64,000 nt of DNA, taken from assembly GCA_038496445.1 (NCBI GenBank), contig JALMLS010000363.1, forward strand, positions 2,737 to 66,736, in the 5' to 3' direction. Source of the DNA: Trichosphaerium sp. ATCC 40318. Taxonomy: Eukaryota; Protista; Tubulinea. The notes beneath the pieces were generated by a model. That model made no database searches. It was not told where the DNA came from and saw nothing but the letters and a program-made list of their open reading frames with translations. A program made the translations under genes and the position numbers. Positions 47,491-60,300 of this stretch are shown here, piece after piece. The stretch's first letter is position 1. Every line of letters starts with the position of its first letter.

Positions 47491-48798
47491 TCAGATTTGC
47501 TTTGATAGTACTGGGAAAATAGTGTCGGCAATGGCTTCATACCCTTTACAGAATCAAAGTAAGATTTGGAACAAAGTTGGAAGAAAACTTACCGGCAGGG
47601 TTGAGATGTATTTTATCATTCCAGTACTTTTTACGATCAGAATCAGACATTGAAAAATACGGCAATACTTTTGCAATGTCAATCACGTGTTCGCCAAAAG
47701 TTGATTGTATGGCGGTATTGACTTTACTCCTTGTATCTTCTAGTTTAGGATGTTGATCACTCTAATAAGAAAAAAGTGAGAGTTATTTTTTTGGCAGAGC
47801 AAGTTAAGATTTTTTTTAAAGAAATTATTACACACCATCCCGTGCTCTATGATTGTCATTATTAACGGCTTTATATTTTTTGATTTGGCTATTTCCATCA
47901 TCTTTTTTAGATTATCAAATATCATACCAGGTGGCCATGATCCCAAATCATTAGTGCCTAGGGTACGTTATAGGCAACTAAAAATAAAAAAAAAAGTAAG
48001 TACCTCCAAGAAGGAGCATGTGAGTGAATGTAAAACCAGGTGCTGTATTATTAAGAGTGTACTCTAATCTTTGAGCCATCTTCTTTGTACCCTCTCCTGG
48101 TTTCCCCATCTCAACAATCTAAAGCAAATCGTTACGCCATACAAGAGGTAAGTTGCCAAAAAAAAAAACAAGGGAACGCTTTTGAGACAGTTTGTTTTGA
48201 AAAAAATTGCTTTGACTGTCGGTACTTTTCCTCGGCACAGCACGAACGAATCGCGAAATGGTTTTTATGCCTATAAGTATAGAATACTAGCTACATGTTT
48301 AAAATAGTAATTGAAGTTTAAAGAAGGTTCTGAGGTGAGTAAAAACGTCTCAAAGATTCTTGAAAATATCAAAAATTTCGGAATTTCTGATACTGTCTCA
48401 AAGCTTAAACTGCTGACAACGCTCCAAAGTGGCCTCTTGAGATAACTCTTGAAGTGTATTTCGTAGTAGACAACAAAGGACTAGTTTTAGAGCTGTTTTG
48501 TTCTCACAGTTTTTTTTTTTCGGTTTACGTAGGCGCAAACGCCAGACACATGATTAATTGAGCGTACTTGTACGGTTATTTCGGTTTGTTCGTCAAATAA
48601 CTGTTGAAGTCTTTTGGAGTACGGATAAGCGCGTCTTCCATTATTGTACCAACCATACTAAGCTACTAAGATACTGTATGGGCATAAATAAACAAACTTA
48701 CTGTTAAACTATCTCCAAATGCCAGAATTCTGACCTTTAAGCAGTATGAGACATAACAAAAAATCTAAAATACAAACCTGGGCAAGAGGTTTGCTCAT
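47491..48798 (-). CDS. SGNH/GDSL-like hydrolase
   Basis: ILAFGDSLT (block I), DGKPGE (II), LGTNDLG (III), DKIHLNP.GY (V). Confidence 0.88.
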
Positions 48799-49352
48799 TC
48801 GATACAACTATTTTATACAGCTTTCACTTAAACTGTTTTGGTGCAGTTGTTAGAATGTTTTCACTTTAACTTTGAGTGACGCTACATCACTTAGAGCTAT
48901 TGGTGTAAACTGTTCAAATCTTTGAGCTAGTACGGTATGCAGTGCTTCAATCAATGAGAACAAGTCCCACTTGTGGCTATTAAATGAATGCAATGTAAGA
49001 AACTAAACTAAGGTAACGTGTTAAGTACAGAGCGTTACACGTACCTACGATACAATATGATATTACAACGAAGCACACAAGTTTTTTCAGCTTCGTCTCA
49101 CAACACATTGTTTGCTTAACCGAACGTGTGAACTACCAAGGCAGGTCATGTAGTCATCTATGTACCTTTACACAACACGTGCTTTATCAGGCTTTTATTT
49201 TGTAGATAAATTAGATTTGTGGCCAATACGAACTAGTTTCCGCCTTGTATTTTAAATAAAGAGCTTGGAAACACTTTATTCTTTAATTGAATTTTCTTCC
49301 AAAACAGTATTCATGAAAACATGTGATACATTATCGTTAAACAACATTCCCA

Positions 49353-50666
49353 ATGGCAACAAATAAGAAGGTAGTTGTAATGTTGTTCTATGTGCTTCTA
49401 ACTTGAACGCAGGAAGATATCGAAACTTTGGAGCGGTGCCTATTGCTAGAGCTTCCAGTTGAGCTTCAACTCGATATAACAGATCTAAGCTCAGAGTTGT
49501 ACATAAAATGGCCTTTGTTATCAAAACAAGCAGCTATGGCTTCCAGGTTCGATTACGCCTTAACAAAGCATGGTAAGTGGAAGAATACTACAACCGAAGA
49601 ATGTTGGAGTCATGGTTTACGTCATGGAGAACACGTGTACCGAGAAAAGTCAGGGATCATTACCAAGAAGTGCTATTACTTAAGAGGTAAGAAAGAAGGA
49701 GAGTTTAAGGAGTGGTCATGTGAAGGCGTATTAATCAAGCATTGCTTTTTTGTGAAAGGGAAAAGACATGGGCAATACAAGCAATGGTGGGGCACGGACG
49801 GTAAACATCTAAGATTATCATGCACTTACCACAATGGAAAGAAGAATGGTGATTACGTCACGTGGCATTACCTCGGGCAAATAGAAATCCAAGCGTATTA
49901 CGTAAAAGGGAAAGAAGAAGGGGATTACAAAGAGTTCGACAGTGGACTTTATTATGTAGATAGAGAAGACAACGGGGAGGAACACAAGGCGTTCAAAAAC
50001 CGTCGAAATTTGATAAAACATTGTAAGTACATAAATGGTTTATTAGAGGGTGAATACAAAGAATGGTGGCGTCCTTTCTGTTTGAAAGTATCATGCAGCT
50101 ATACCAAAGGCAAAAAAGAAGGAGTGTATAGGGAGTGGCATTCGAACGGTCAACTAGCCGAACAAGGGTTTTTTATTGATGGAAAAGAACAAGGTGAGTA
50201 CACTAAGTGGAAATGGAATGGTGGCTTGCGAGCACGATGCAAGTACATAAACGGCTTGAAAGAAGGAGCATGTAGATCATGGCATGAATATTATGGGGAC
50301 GCCATTCAATTATCAGAGTATTGTGTTTTTGTAAATGGAAAGGAAGAAGGAGAATACAATGAATGGTATAAAGATGGATCACTAAAAACAAAAGTTCTAT
50401 ATATCAATGGAAAGAAGGAAGGCAAGTACAAAGAATGGTATTACAACGGTAGAAATCATATCATGTGTAAGTATGTGAATGGGAAGAAAGAAGGGAAGTA
50501 CATGAAATGGTATGAAAATGGAAAAGTAAGTGAGGAATGTAACTACATTGATGGAGAAAGGGATGGCATTTTCATTACACGTAATAACATAGGATGCATA
50601 CAAGTATGGTGTCACTATACTAGAGGTAAAACAAACGGAAAGCATTCGAGAAGAAGATCCCTTTAA
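49353..50666 (+). CDS. F-box-like plus MORN-variant (YwqK-type) repeat protein
   Basis: Micro-exon MATNKK (49353-49370), intron 49371-49412, LLELPVELQLDI F-box-like segment, then many YxNGKKEGxYKEWYxNG repeats. Confidence 0.85.
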
Positions 50667-51339
50667 GTTGTGATTACAAGTACTAGTCTTTGTGATAAGC
50701 ACGTGGTTTTGTAAGTGATCTCAGGAACATAGATCACCATTTACAAAGTATGCAATAAAACGTTACGTATTTTTCGAAAACGGTTTTTTTGCGATTTCTT
50801 GTGAGTAGATAGAGATGTTGTGGTGAAACGTGTATGGAGAAATTTTGAAAAACTTAACCCATGTTAGCAACAACGTAAATCACAAAAAAAACTAGCTGAA
50901 TTGCAGAAAAATGCAATAAAACAAACCTTACCAAAATTGCACGTTTTTTCAAGCAAGGTGAAAAGACGGAAGGTGTGAAAGGGGTAGTGTAGATTGTAGT
51001 AGGTGAAGCTCTGCAGAGTAACAATGGAGTAGACGGGTTGGAAGGGATCACAAGGAACGTGGTTGGTTAGTTCGGAATATATGGGGAGATGGAGCATGGC
51101 GCTGGGATAGTGTAGAGGGAGATTCAGGTTTTTACACCAGCCAGTTTTTACTGAATTGGGAGGTTTTCTACTACTTTTCCTCCAACACTTTCTATTTTTT
51201 TTTACCTTGCATGTTATTGTCAAGGCTCTTGTAGCCATGCCACGTGTTTGGTGACGCTTTTAAGTGACCTTATACGCAAGTCAACGCCAGACAATAAACA
51301 AACAATAGCTATTCCCTCAAACTAGCAACACAACAAAAA

Positions 51340-52456
51340 ATGCGTATTGCGACAACCTGTTTACTCCTTCTATCGCTGGCGTTAGCTACCTTGGCCGCCG
51401 ATGAAATTTCTATTGCTGTACGTCCTTCTTAGTACCTACGTGGAACAAATGAATGTATTCGCATTCACCGCTTGTATGTCGACTACAACTCAACAGTTTC
51501 CACTCTGTATGGCGTTTACACGCGTAGGAGAGGTGAAGGCGGGTATTAGTTTGTGTTTTGAAGCTTATTTAAGCTAGAGGCTGTGAAGCCTAATTCTACG
51601 AGTTTTCTTGCAAATGAGTACCTTTTTTGTTGCACTGGCCTTTGTTTTCAGTGAAAAACTACTTTAAAACAGTATCATGTGACTCATTTCCGTTACACAG
51701 CTGTTGGTTTTTTTGCAATGTTAGAGTCTAATTTGTTTATAGGTATACGAAGGACCGTCTTGTAACGGTACACCGTTTAAAAACGTGACACGTTCTTACA
51801 ACAAGTGCTATGGTAAAACAAACAGTTTTCCTGCTATTACCGACCAAGATATACGGTATGTTGATTGCGTGTCAGACTATACCAATCAAGTACGATCTAG
51901 TAATCTATAAATCACTAAGTAGTATTTAGTTAGTCTTCCGTACATTCTCTAGCACTCCAACAAACTGTGAGGACCTTACAGATGTACAGTTCGTCCCTAC
52001 AGGATATTGTGAGACAAATGGATATTTTTCGTACTCTGTAACATGCAAGCCTAACCCTGTATGTTTTGTTTATTTTAGTTGATGTTGGTATATCATTCTT
52101 ATCTTTTCTTCAAGTCACAACCACCTCCATTGAATATGACAATACTCAATTACCTCAACTCAGACTGCTCTGGTAACCCTGCAATCACAAAGAATTACAG
52201 TACTGATCAATGTTACTCGGAAGCACCAGGAACGTCGTTTACTGTATTGTTCGAACAAGTATGTACAAAATCAATATTGATTTGATATGGAATGTTACTC
52301 ACTTCTTTCCAAAACTAGGGCACTATTGTCAAAAGAATGTATGAAAATAGCAAATGTCAAGGACACGGCCTCAGAGAGTATTTTTCAAAAACTGGTGTAT
52401 GTACCAAAAGCTCTGGCATTGGTTTATCTAGTGAATCATACGTTAAAGAGCAATAA
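51340..52456 (+). CDS. Secreted cysteine-rich repeat protein
   Basis: Signal peptide MRIATTCLLLLSLALATLAA; repeated Y/FxxxxCxG...C units (YEGPSCNG, YLNSDCSG, YENSKCQG); N-glycosylation sequons. Confidence 0.7.
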
Positions 52457-52958
52457 ATGATCATTATTTACCAGTAGATTGTTGGTATGTTTACTCACAA
52501 TTTGAAGCACCGAATGCAATGCCACGTGCACACACATTTGTTTTGGTACTGAGACCATTTAAGCTTCTATGTTATGATCTCAACTAGAGCAGTATTAGAA
52601 ATGAAGTCAGTGAAAAAAGTGTGCTTAGCGTTTCTCATGGGTTGACAAAAAAAATCAAAAGAACATACGTCATTCATCTCGTGGCAGCGTTTTGACGTCA
52701 GCGAAAAAAAAAAAAAAAGAAGCACGTTTACAGGAACGTTTGGTTCAGCAAATATTGCACCATTTGTTTACATTATATCAAATACTCTATATACCTTTAA
52801 TAGACGTACTATAATATCATGCTAGCTCCAGAAACCTCAGAATCGATGTCACAATAAGATATTTCGTAGAAGATTTTGCAGGCGGAAAATTCGCATTATT
52901 TTACATTTTCACTTAGTTGTCAACACCCCAGCAGCGTTATAGTCACGTCCAAACAGTC

Positions 52959-53867
52959 ATGGTAGAAGGTCCTACATTAAAGAGATATAAAATAGCAACT
53001 AGAGACGTATGTCAAGGAAAGAAAGTAAAAGCGGTAGCAGGAAACACGAAACAAATAGATAAATCGACTCTTGTCGATAAAACGATCAAAAAAGTTTGGA
53101 GTTACGGTAAAACCTTATTCTTGGACTTCGGGAACGGCTTATTACGCGTCCACTTCATGATGCATGGCTCAGTAAGGTTCGGAAGGGCTGATCCTAGAAC
53201 TATTAGACTTTCTCTACAAATTGAGGGTTCGTCATCACGTGTTCTATTCTGTAACTGCTCACTCCAGTGGTGGTCGGAGGACGACCCAAAGTTGAAAACT
53301 ATTGACAAACGCTTTGATATTTGCTCTACTCATTTTGATAAATCGCACGTGATCGACACGTGTAAGGATTCTGATTCTATGGTATGCGATGTTTTGATGG
53401 ATCAGACAAAGTTTGGTGGTGTTGGAAACATCATAAAGAACGAAGCTTTGTTTCGTGCTAAAGTACACCCAGAAACGAAGTTTTGCGATTTGGACAAAGA
53501 GAAGATGAATCAACTTGTTGATTGTACACGTCAGTTTTCAATGATAATGTATGGTACCAAGGTTAGAGGCGTTAAGCTACGCCCTTATTGGATGGCTTAC
53601 AAGTTTTTCAAATGCCGTGAGTGCGGAGGAAAGCTCTCAAGGAGGAATACAGGTGAATACAAAAGATGGTCTTGTTTTTGCGAAAAGTGCCAGGACATAT
53701 CCGGATGCACTGTACCCGGAAAAGTATATCAGAGTGGAATACGACATGCCCAGCAATGGAAAGAATGGTGTGATTGGCAAGAAAATAATTCGAACAAGAG
53801 AAAACACAGTGGCACGTCAAACAACGAAGAGGCAAAAAAAAGAAAAGTATCAAAGAACTTAACCTAA
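52959..53867 (+). CDS. Fpg/Nei DNA glycosylase, NEIL3-like (glycosylase domain only), intronless
   Basis: True start MVEGP; GKTLFL, RVHFMMHG, H2TH motif LMDQTKFGGVGNIIKNEALF, zinc finger CRECG...CEKCQ, basic NLS-like tail. Confidence 0.88.
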   Translation: MVEGPTLKRYKIATRDVCQGKKVKAVAGNTKQIDKSTLVDKTIKKVWSYGKTLFLDFGNGLLRVHFMMHGSVRFGRADPRTIRLSLQIEGSSSRVLFCNCSLQWWSEDDPKLKTIDKRFDICSTHFDKSHVIDTCKDSDSMVCDVLMDQTKFGGVGNIIKNEALFRAKVHPETKFCDLDKEKMNQLVDCTRQFSMIMYGTKVRGVKLRPYWMAYKFFKCRECGGKLSRRNTGEYKRWSCFCEKCQDISGCTVPGKVYQSGIRHAQQWKEWCDWQENNSNKRKHSGTSNNEEAKKRKVSKNLT

Positions 53868-54049
53868 AAATAACACCCTTTGTAACCTACCTGTATCACT
53901 TTCTTTGTACAAGCGCAATTAAATAGATGATTTATTTTAATACAACCAGTTGATATTTAGAGAAGTATCAAGTAGGTTAAAACTGTACAGTGGAAAGTAA
54001 TCTGTTAAGTTACAAGTTACTTGTTCAACCAACAAAAGGGTGATCAAGT

Positions 54050-56865
54050 TTAGTCTTTACCAACTGGTATGAACCGTAAAGATAGGTATGCTAATACCCT
54101 ATACAGTACTAACATACCTAAAAGAACAACAGCATCTATCCAAATAGGATGTCCATCGAAGTTCAAGGTCTCTAATGCTTCCAGCCCAGTACTTGCTCCA
54201 ATACAAGGCAAAAAACATGTGTCTGTTCCATTTCCCATTGAAGGCGACATTGTGCTATTGATTGGTAGCGTACAAATATCAGGGCAAGGTTCTAGCGGAC
54301 ATTCAAAAGTTAAGCCAGTATAGTCATTAACTATTAGCGCTCTGAATACATACTTATAAGGAGATATCCACTCAAGTGGCCTACAATAAATTAGATGAAT
54401 TGAATTTTCTAAAAAAGAAATTGCTGAATGATTAAGGCGTACTTAAAGAATACAGGGACATTGCCAGTGTTTAGGAAGAATCCACCAAATGACATAAATA
54501 GTAAGAATACAAGACTGACCCATAATGTCGCTATAGCAGGTTGAACAGAGAAAGAGCCAACAAGAAGTGATGCCTAAAAAAGTTGTCACGAAAAAAAATG
54601 CTACTATTTTGAAAGGTTTACCGATTGAACAACAAGAAGACCGAGAAGCATCAAGCCCGTGAAGATAAGAAACTTAGTAAATGATCCATTTAAGCCAATC
54701 TAAGAAGTCATAAATGAATGAGCTGCGAGAATAATGAAGGGTACCAGCCAGTATGTTATCGAAGCGTCCAATGCAATGTAGAAAAGTTGGAAAGGCAAGT
54801 CTGCAAGTGTTGCTGCAAGGTAGTACGGTAAGACCCTATACATACCACTTGATCTCTCCCTATTAAAAATAGGACGTTCTTCTGGAACTACAGAAACAAA
54901 CAATTAATAAACAAAACAAGAAAGGGTAAAAACTTTTTTAAAAAACGCACAAACAAATGCAGCTGTGAAGGCGGGAACTGATGTGACTGTCAACAACACA
55001 TAGAAAATACCAGCTCCTCTATCAATGATAGTACTTTGGTCCTTATCCAACCGTAGGTACATCAATCCGATAAAAACTGAAAAGAAAATATGTTGTGAAA
55101 GCTGTGACCATAGGATAGTTGGATTTCTCAAGTTGTTTCTCCATTGCCTTTTTAAACCTTGTTAGCAAATTGGTGACCGTGTTTTTAATGAATACGTACT
55201 TCATAAATAAGAACTTAAATTGGGTAGTTGTTGACGCTTCGTCTTTGACAGCACTCTTCTTATCAAGTGGTGGAGGTAATGGTTTTATTGCTTTCAATGC
55301 TTTTTTGCACTCTTTCGATTTGTGACATTTTTCAGAGACTGAGACAGATTAGATTATAGAATCACGTGATAATAATAAAATATATAGCGTACTCTGTGAT
55401 AACGTTTTTGCGTTGCTGTCACTTGCAGCGGAAGGCAACGATCCAGCAACCAAATCAACTATGATTAATTCATTAATGAATTTCTTTCTTTTCATGATTT
55501 AGTCGTACTTATATAATCAGCAACATTAGAGTACTGTGGGCATTGATGTCCCATACGTGTGAAAAATGGTATGACTTTATCGACTTTACCATAGTACATC
55601 ATATCTCCTAAACGAAAAAATAAGAATTGAGAAAACGAAAAGCAAAAATCACGTACCATTATGAAGTAACAAGAGTTTGTCAAATAGTTCGAATAAATGC
55701 TGTCTTGGTTGATGTATTGTACAAATAACTGTTCTACCAGAATCTGCAAGTCTACGAAGTAGCTTACCAATCTCAAAACTTAAAACAAGCCGTTAAAACA
55801 AGAACAACAGTAAAGTGAACAGTCAATCAACATACGCTGTTGAACTATCAAGACCAGAAGTTGGCTCGTCAAGAACAAACACGCTTGGTGTTGTAATCAG
55901 CTCACTACCAATAGCAGCACGCTTACGTTCACCTATACAAAGTAATTAGATACTTCAGCTAAAACACAAAGACCAAGGTACCTCCAGAAACACCTCGAAT
56001 GAACTCGGACCCAATATATGTATTTGCACATTTTTCAATATTCAATTCATTGATTATCAGGTCAACCTAATGACACAGAATATAAGAATCACGTGTTTCA
56101 CACGTGTGAAAATAGCTACGTTACCCTATCTTTCTTTTCATAGTCAGACATACTCCTCGGTAGCTGCAAGAAAGCAGCATAAGTCAAAGTCTCTTTTACA
56201 GTGGCTGTAGCGAGCAATAAGTCATCTTGCTTCACATATCCATAGACTCTTTTAAAAACCTTGCTGGCTTTCGCAAGTGGTACACCATTGATCAAAATTT
56301 CGCCTAGAAGATAAATTATATACCAGGTCACGTGTTTCGGGCTGTTACTGAAATGACTTACCCTTTGTTGTTCCGTTGTGTGCTCTACCTGTCATAACGT
56401 CTAAAAAAGTCGATTTCCCTGATCCTTCGTATTGTTAGTGTTGCAACCAAATGTGTAAGTTATGAAAGCTCTATTTTGTTGTACCAGATGGTCCCATAAC
56501 TGCAATGAGTTCTCCAGGGTTGAAAGTGCATGATACATCGTTTAAAATGACTTTATCGCCGACTACTGGTTTAATACCCCATTTTTTTATTACTTTGTCT
56601 AAAAACGGCGTCAGCGAGCTATATTAACGCGTCTGGTGTACCATCTTTATCGCGTAAAGGCGCCTTAACGCTATAATCCAAATGTTTAACTTGTATACAT
56701 ACTGGATTGCGTGGTGGGTCTATATCTGTCCTTACTGGATCCATTTCATCTATTTTCTTCATCGGAACGATTACATTTTCACTATCATCCTTGATAGACT
56801 TCAAATTAGCTTGATTAGAACAATATGATCATATATATGTATTTGTGTACGTGTATTGTTGCCAT
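54050..56865 (-). CDS. ABCG (White-family) half transporter
   Basis: [61 protein letters not shown]. Confidence 0.95.
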
Positions 56866-57212
56866 GATGAAGGTCAAGGTGAAATTCAGGTTACTTTCAG
56901 GTGAGCAATCGCAAATCGGCCGATGTCGTATTTTTATATTGCCCGAAGAAAATTCGCTCATTTTTGACGTTGCAACTTACAAGAAGTTCTCATATTAGTA
57001 AGTCACCTTCCACAGAAGATATTGTGGTCATAATAGTAGCCCACCAAGCTAGTATAAACTTGCTAAGAAATATTTTGACAGTTTCATTGAAATCGAGCAG
57101 CTTGACTTGTAGTCATTCGTACTCATTCTATTGAGTATCAGGTAGATAGACACAAGAGTAGGAGTAGTTATGCATATCAGGCGGTTATTATGTAAGAAGA
57201 AATAAGAGCAAA

Positions 57213-57285
57213 GGTCGTACGGCTCAGCTGGTATGAGCTCAATGCTACTAAACCGGGGATCTAGGGTTCGTGCGTTGTATAATAA
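57213..57285 (+). pseudogene. Degenerate tRNA-Ile-derived copy
   Basis: Colinear with the tRNA-Ile at 60617-60690 (GGTCGTA..GCTCAGCTGGT..GAGC..TGCTAxTAA..CGGGG.TC.AGGGTTCG), but anticodon, T and acceptor stems are broken. Confidence 0.75.
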
Positions 57286-57393
57286 TGCATTTCTTTTAGA
57301 CTTTGTTTACTTCAGCGGTCAATAAGCGGCAATTGAATACGAGTGCTCTAGCGATTTCTTTATTTTTTGGTTTTACACGTGCTTGTTTTTTTA

Positions 57394-60300
57394 TTACGAT
57401 TTGAGCTCTATTCGGGAGATAAGAGCTTGACCTATAATACGCCATTCATGTAGTATATCAAATACATTAGGAATACATCCTATTTTGTTACTTCTTGAGT
57501 ACTAGAAATAGTATTAGAGTTTGTTGCATCAAACATCCTTTGGTACCTCAACTGGAGCTATATTTCGAAGGAGAAGAGTTGGTTTTCGTAGCATAAAGGC
57601 ATCTTTACTCCATTTTACAAATATCCTAGAGCCACCAGCTTCATCATAATAAAAGTTTGCAAAGTTGCCATATTTTGTTCGTAATACACTTAGGAGTTCT
57701 TGAACAGGGTCAAAGTCAACAAGAAGCCCATGTTGAAGATTAGGAGGTGGTTTATCCACTTTAACTTCGATATCTTTACCCTAGAGAGATATTAGATTGG
57801 TTGTCTATTGACTTGTCTACGCGGGTAGACAAGAAACTTAAGGAAAAGAAAACTTAAGCTATTGTCACCGAAATAAAGTTGATAAAAAAGAACTTACAAT
57901 CTCGCATGGAATCAAAGACTCGTAGTGTGTATTTGATTTTTGAAAATCCTTGTAGTAGTTCTTACGTAAGTTTAAGAACGTTGTAGGAACATAATTTTCT
58001 TTTAACATGATATGGCAATCATAAACTATACAAAACTTTTTAGGGATGAAGATAAAGTACAATTCTGTTAAGTTACCTTCAGGATCCATTGGCTGGAATA
58101 CTTTCAACCAATCTTCATCTCCGCTATGCATCATGTTCTTTATTACTCCAATAGCATTATTAGCGCAACGCAGAAGCTTTTTAAATAACTAAATTCGTTA
58201 GTCAAAAATTCAGTTTAAATCACGTTTCACTTACATCTTCTGTAATGTCCTTTGTCCAGAAAACGCCTGTAGGATCATCTTTGTAAATAATATATGCAAC
58301 AACATCCTGCCTCTCAATCCGTTTCCGCTAAACAACGTTAATCACATAAATAAGCTTGTAAAGAGCTTCTGCTTACTTGTAGTATGCTCATCTCTTCGCC
58401 AGTTGTGCCATCTTGAAAATCAACTATAAGAGGCATTGTCTCCCATCCAAATGATACAAGGAACCGTAAGTACCTGTGAGCGTAAACTTTTAGTATACTT
58501 CAGACTACAACGCTTATTACCTCAAGAAGCCATTCAAAGGTGATTTGGGTTCAACAAAAGGATATGGATGTGTATACATGTGGGCGAGCACTAAATCTAC
58601 AAATTCGTATGGAACAGCATTTGGTGACAACATTTGGCTTGACATCCATCTTCTGCATAATCTAGATACCTCTGCAAATGATACATGCTGCCTAAACATC
58701 ACATTAATCCAAGAGTACACCAAAGAAGCAAAAAAAAAACCCAACGTACTGTGCAAAGACCAATACAAGTGATGATAAATGAGGAACTTTTGAAGCTAAT
58801 CTTTCATGCTTTGATAAATCCTCTTTTGTGATTGTTAAAACTTCCTCATCTGAACGAGTTAGAGAAAGAAAGGCAACATAAACAAGGGATCAAAAAAAAA
58901 GAGCACATACCAATAAGTTTTTGAGTTATTTGCTCATCTTCAGTGGACCACAACGCTATGAATTCCGTAAGTTTAAACTTCCAAAAATGGTTTTTGCAGC
59001 GTACCAACTTTCCAAGAATAGCCCTTAAAAAATATGTACATGAACTTGTCGTGGACGCGAGACCGTATTTGAAACTTTCTAAACAGCCTATACATTTCAC
59101 TGTTAGTAAATAGAGTACTCATAAAAACAACTGATGTAAACGTACTCTGTACTAATTCGGATAGCGAAAGCTAACTTAACATTATCCAAAGCTTCTTTTT
59201 CTTTCGGCCAGTTGTGAGACGTTTGTAGCTATAAAATGTCATTATTATGTCCTTGAGTATACCAACAGAGTTTGTAAACATTATACGTACCCTTAGACGA
59301 CCAGGTATTGATTGAACATAGAGTGGAAACTTACCAACATCACGATGTTTCTCGTATGTTTTAGAGTTGTAATTATACGATTTTAATCTAGGATGTGGAG
59401 GTGGTACATAAGGACTGCATCCTGTCCAAATACCTCCATAGAATAGAACCTCTGTTATAGGTAGAGGAAGATCTAGTCTCTTTAGAAGCTCACTAAGAGT
59501 TGAACCATGAGTTCTTATACTGCTTGCGAAGTCCGTTTTGTTCTTTGTCAAAAGTGACTTTAAAGAGACACCCCATTGCCTGTAATTACATCAACGATTC
59601 GCTCGTAAGTGTATAATCTACTTACTCTACGTGTTTATGTGGTGTGCCAAAGTGATGAGAGAGCAGATATCGTGCAATTGCCTCAACTGTGTTTGTCGTT
59701 TTTAACTCCTCTAAAACAGGTGCCCAAACTAAATCGAACATGTTAACCAAAGAATATCGGCAAGATTCCAACTTAAACAATTGTAACGTACCAATTGCAT
59801 AAACTGTGCTAGCATCATTAAATCGACGGATTTGTGGTAACTTTTTGCCCCATAATTGTAAGTACTCTGCCGAGGCTTGCTTATCTCTTGGTTCAGGTCC
59901 TTTATCGACAGGTGCAAAACATGTTGGCGCTAATCGCATGCCAACGACAAGACAAGCTGGCTTCTGAGATACAACGTAATGAAGAGATGAAACCCTATCT
60001 TTCCAACCACGCCTTAGAAGCGATATAATTGAAGCTACATTGTAATGACGATTACCATCCAAGCTTATCCTAAAGTGGAAATTAGTACAAAACCAAAAAA
60101 ATAATTGAGGTACCTAAGATAATAGTCATAATCGTAGTAGAACCCAGTCTTTGTAAGAAAAACACGTTCGAAAAAGTTGTTCTTATAGTTTTGCATATAC
60201 ACAAGTGTTCTAGCGGCTTCTGTGACTGCCTAAAAGCAAAAAAAATGAGAAAACTAATCAAAATAATAAAGAAAAATTAAAAAATATGAATGAACAGATG

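Noticed and set aside
48484-48500. gttttagagctgttttg resembles a type II CRISPR repeat
   Set aside because: Single partial copy inside a eukaryotic intron, with no spacers or cas genes
52917-52958. ORF-track N-terminal extension of the glycosylase
   Set aside because: It starts at TTG; Fpg/Nei enzymes need the catalytic residue at position 2, so ATG 52959 is the start
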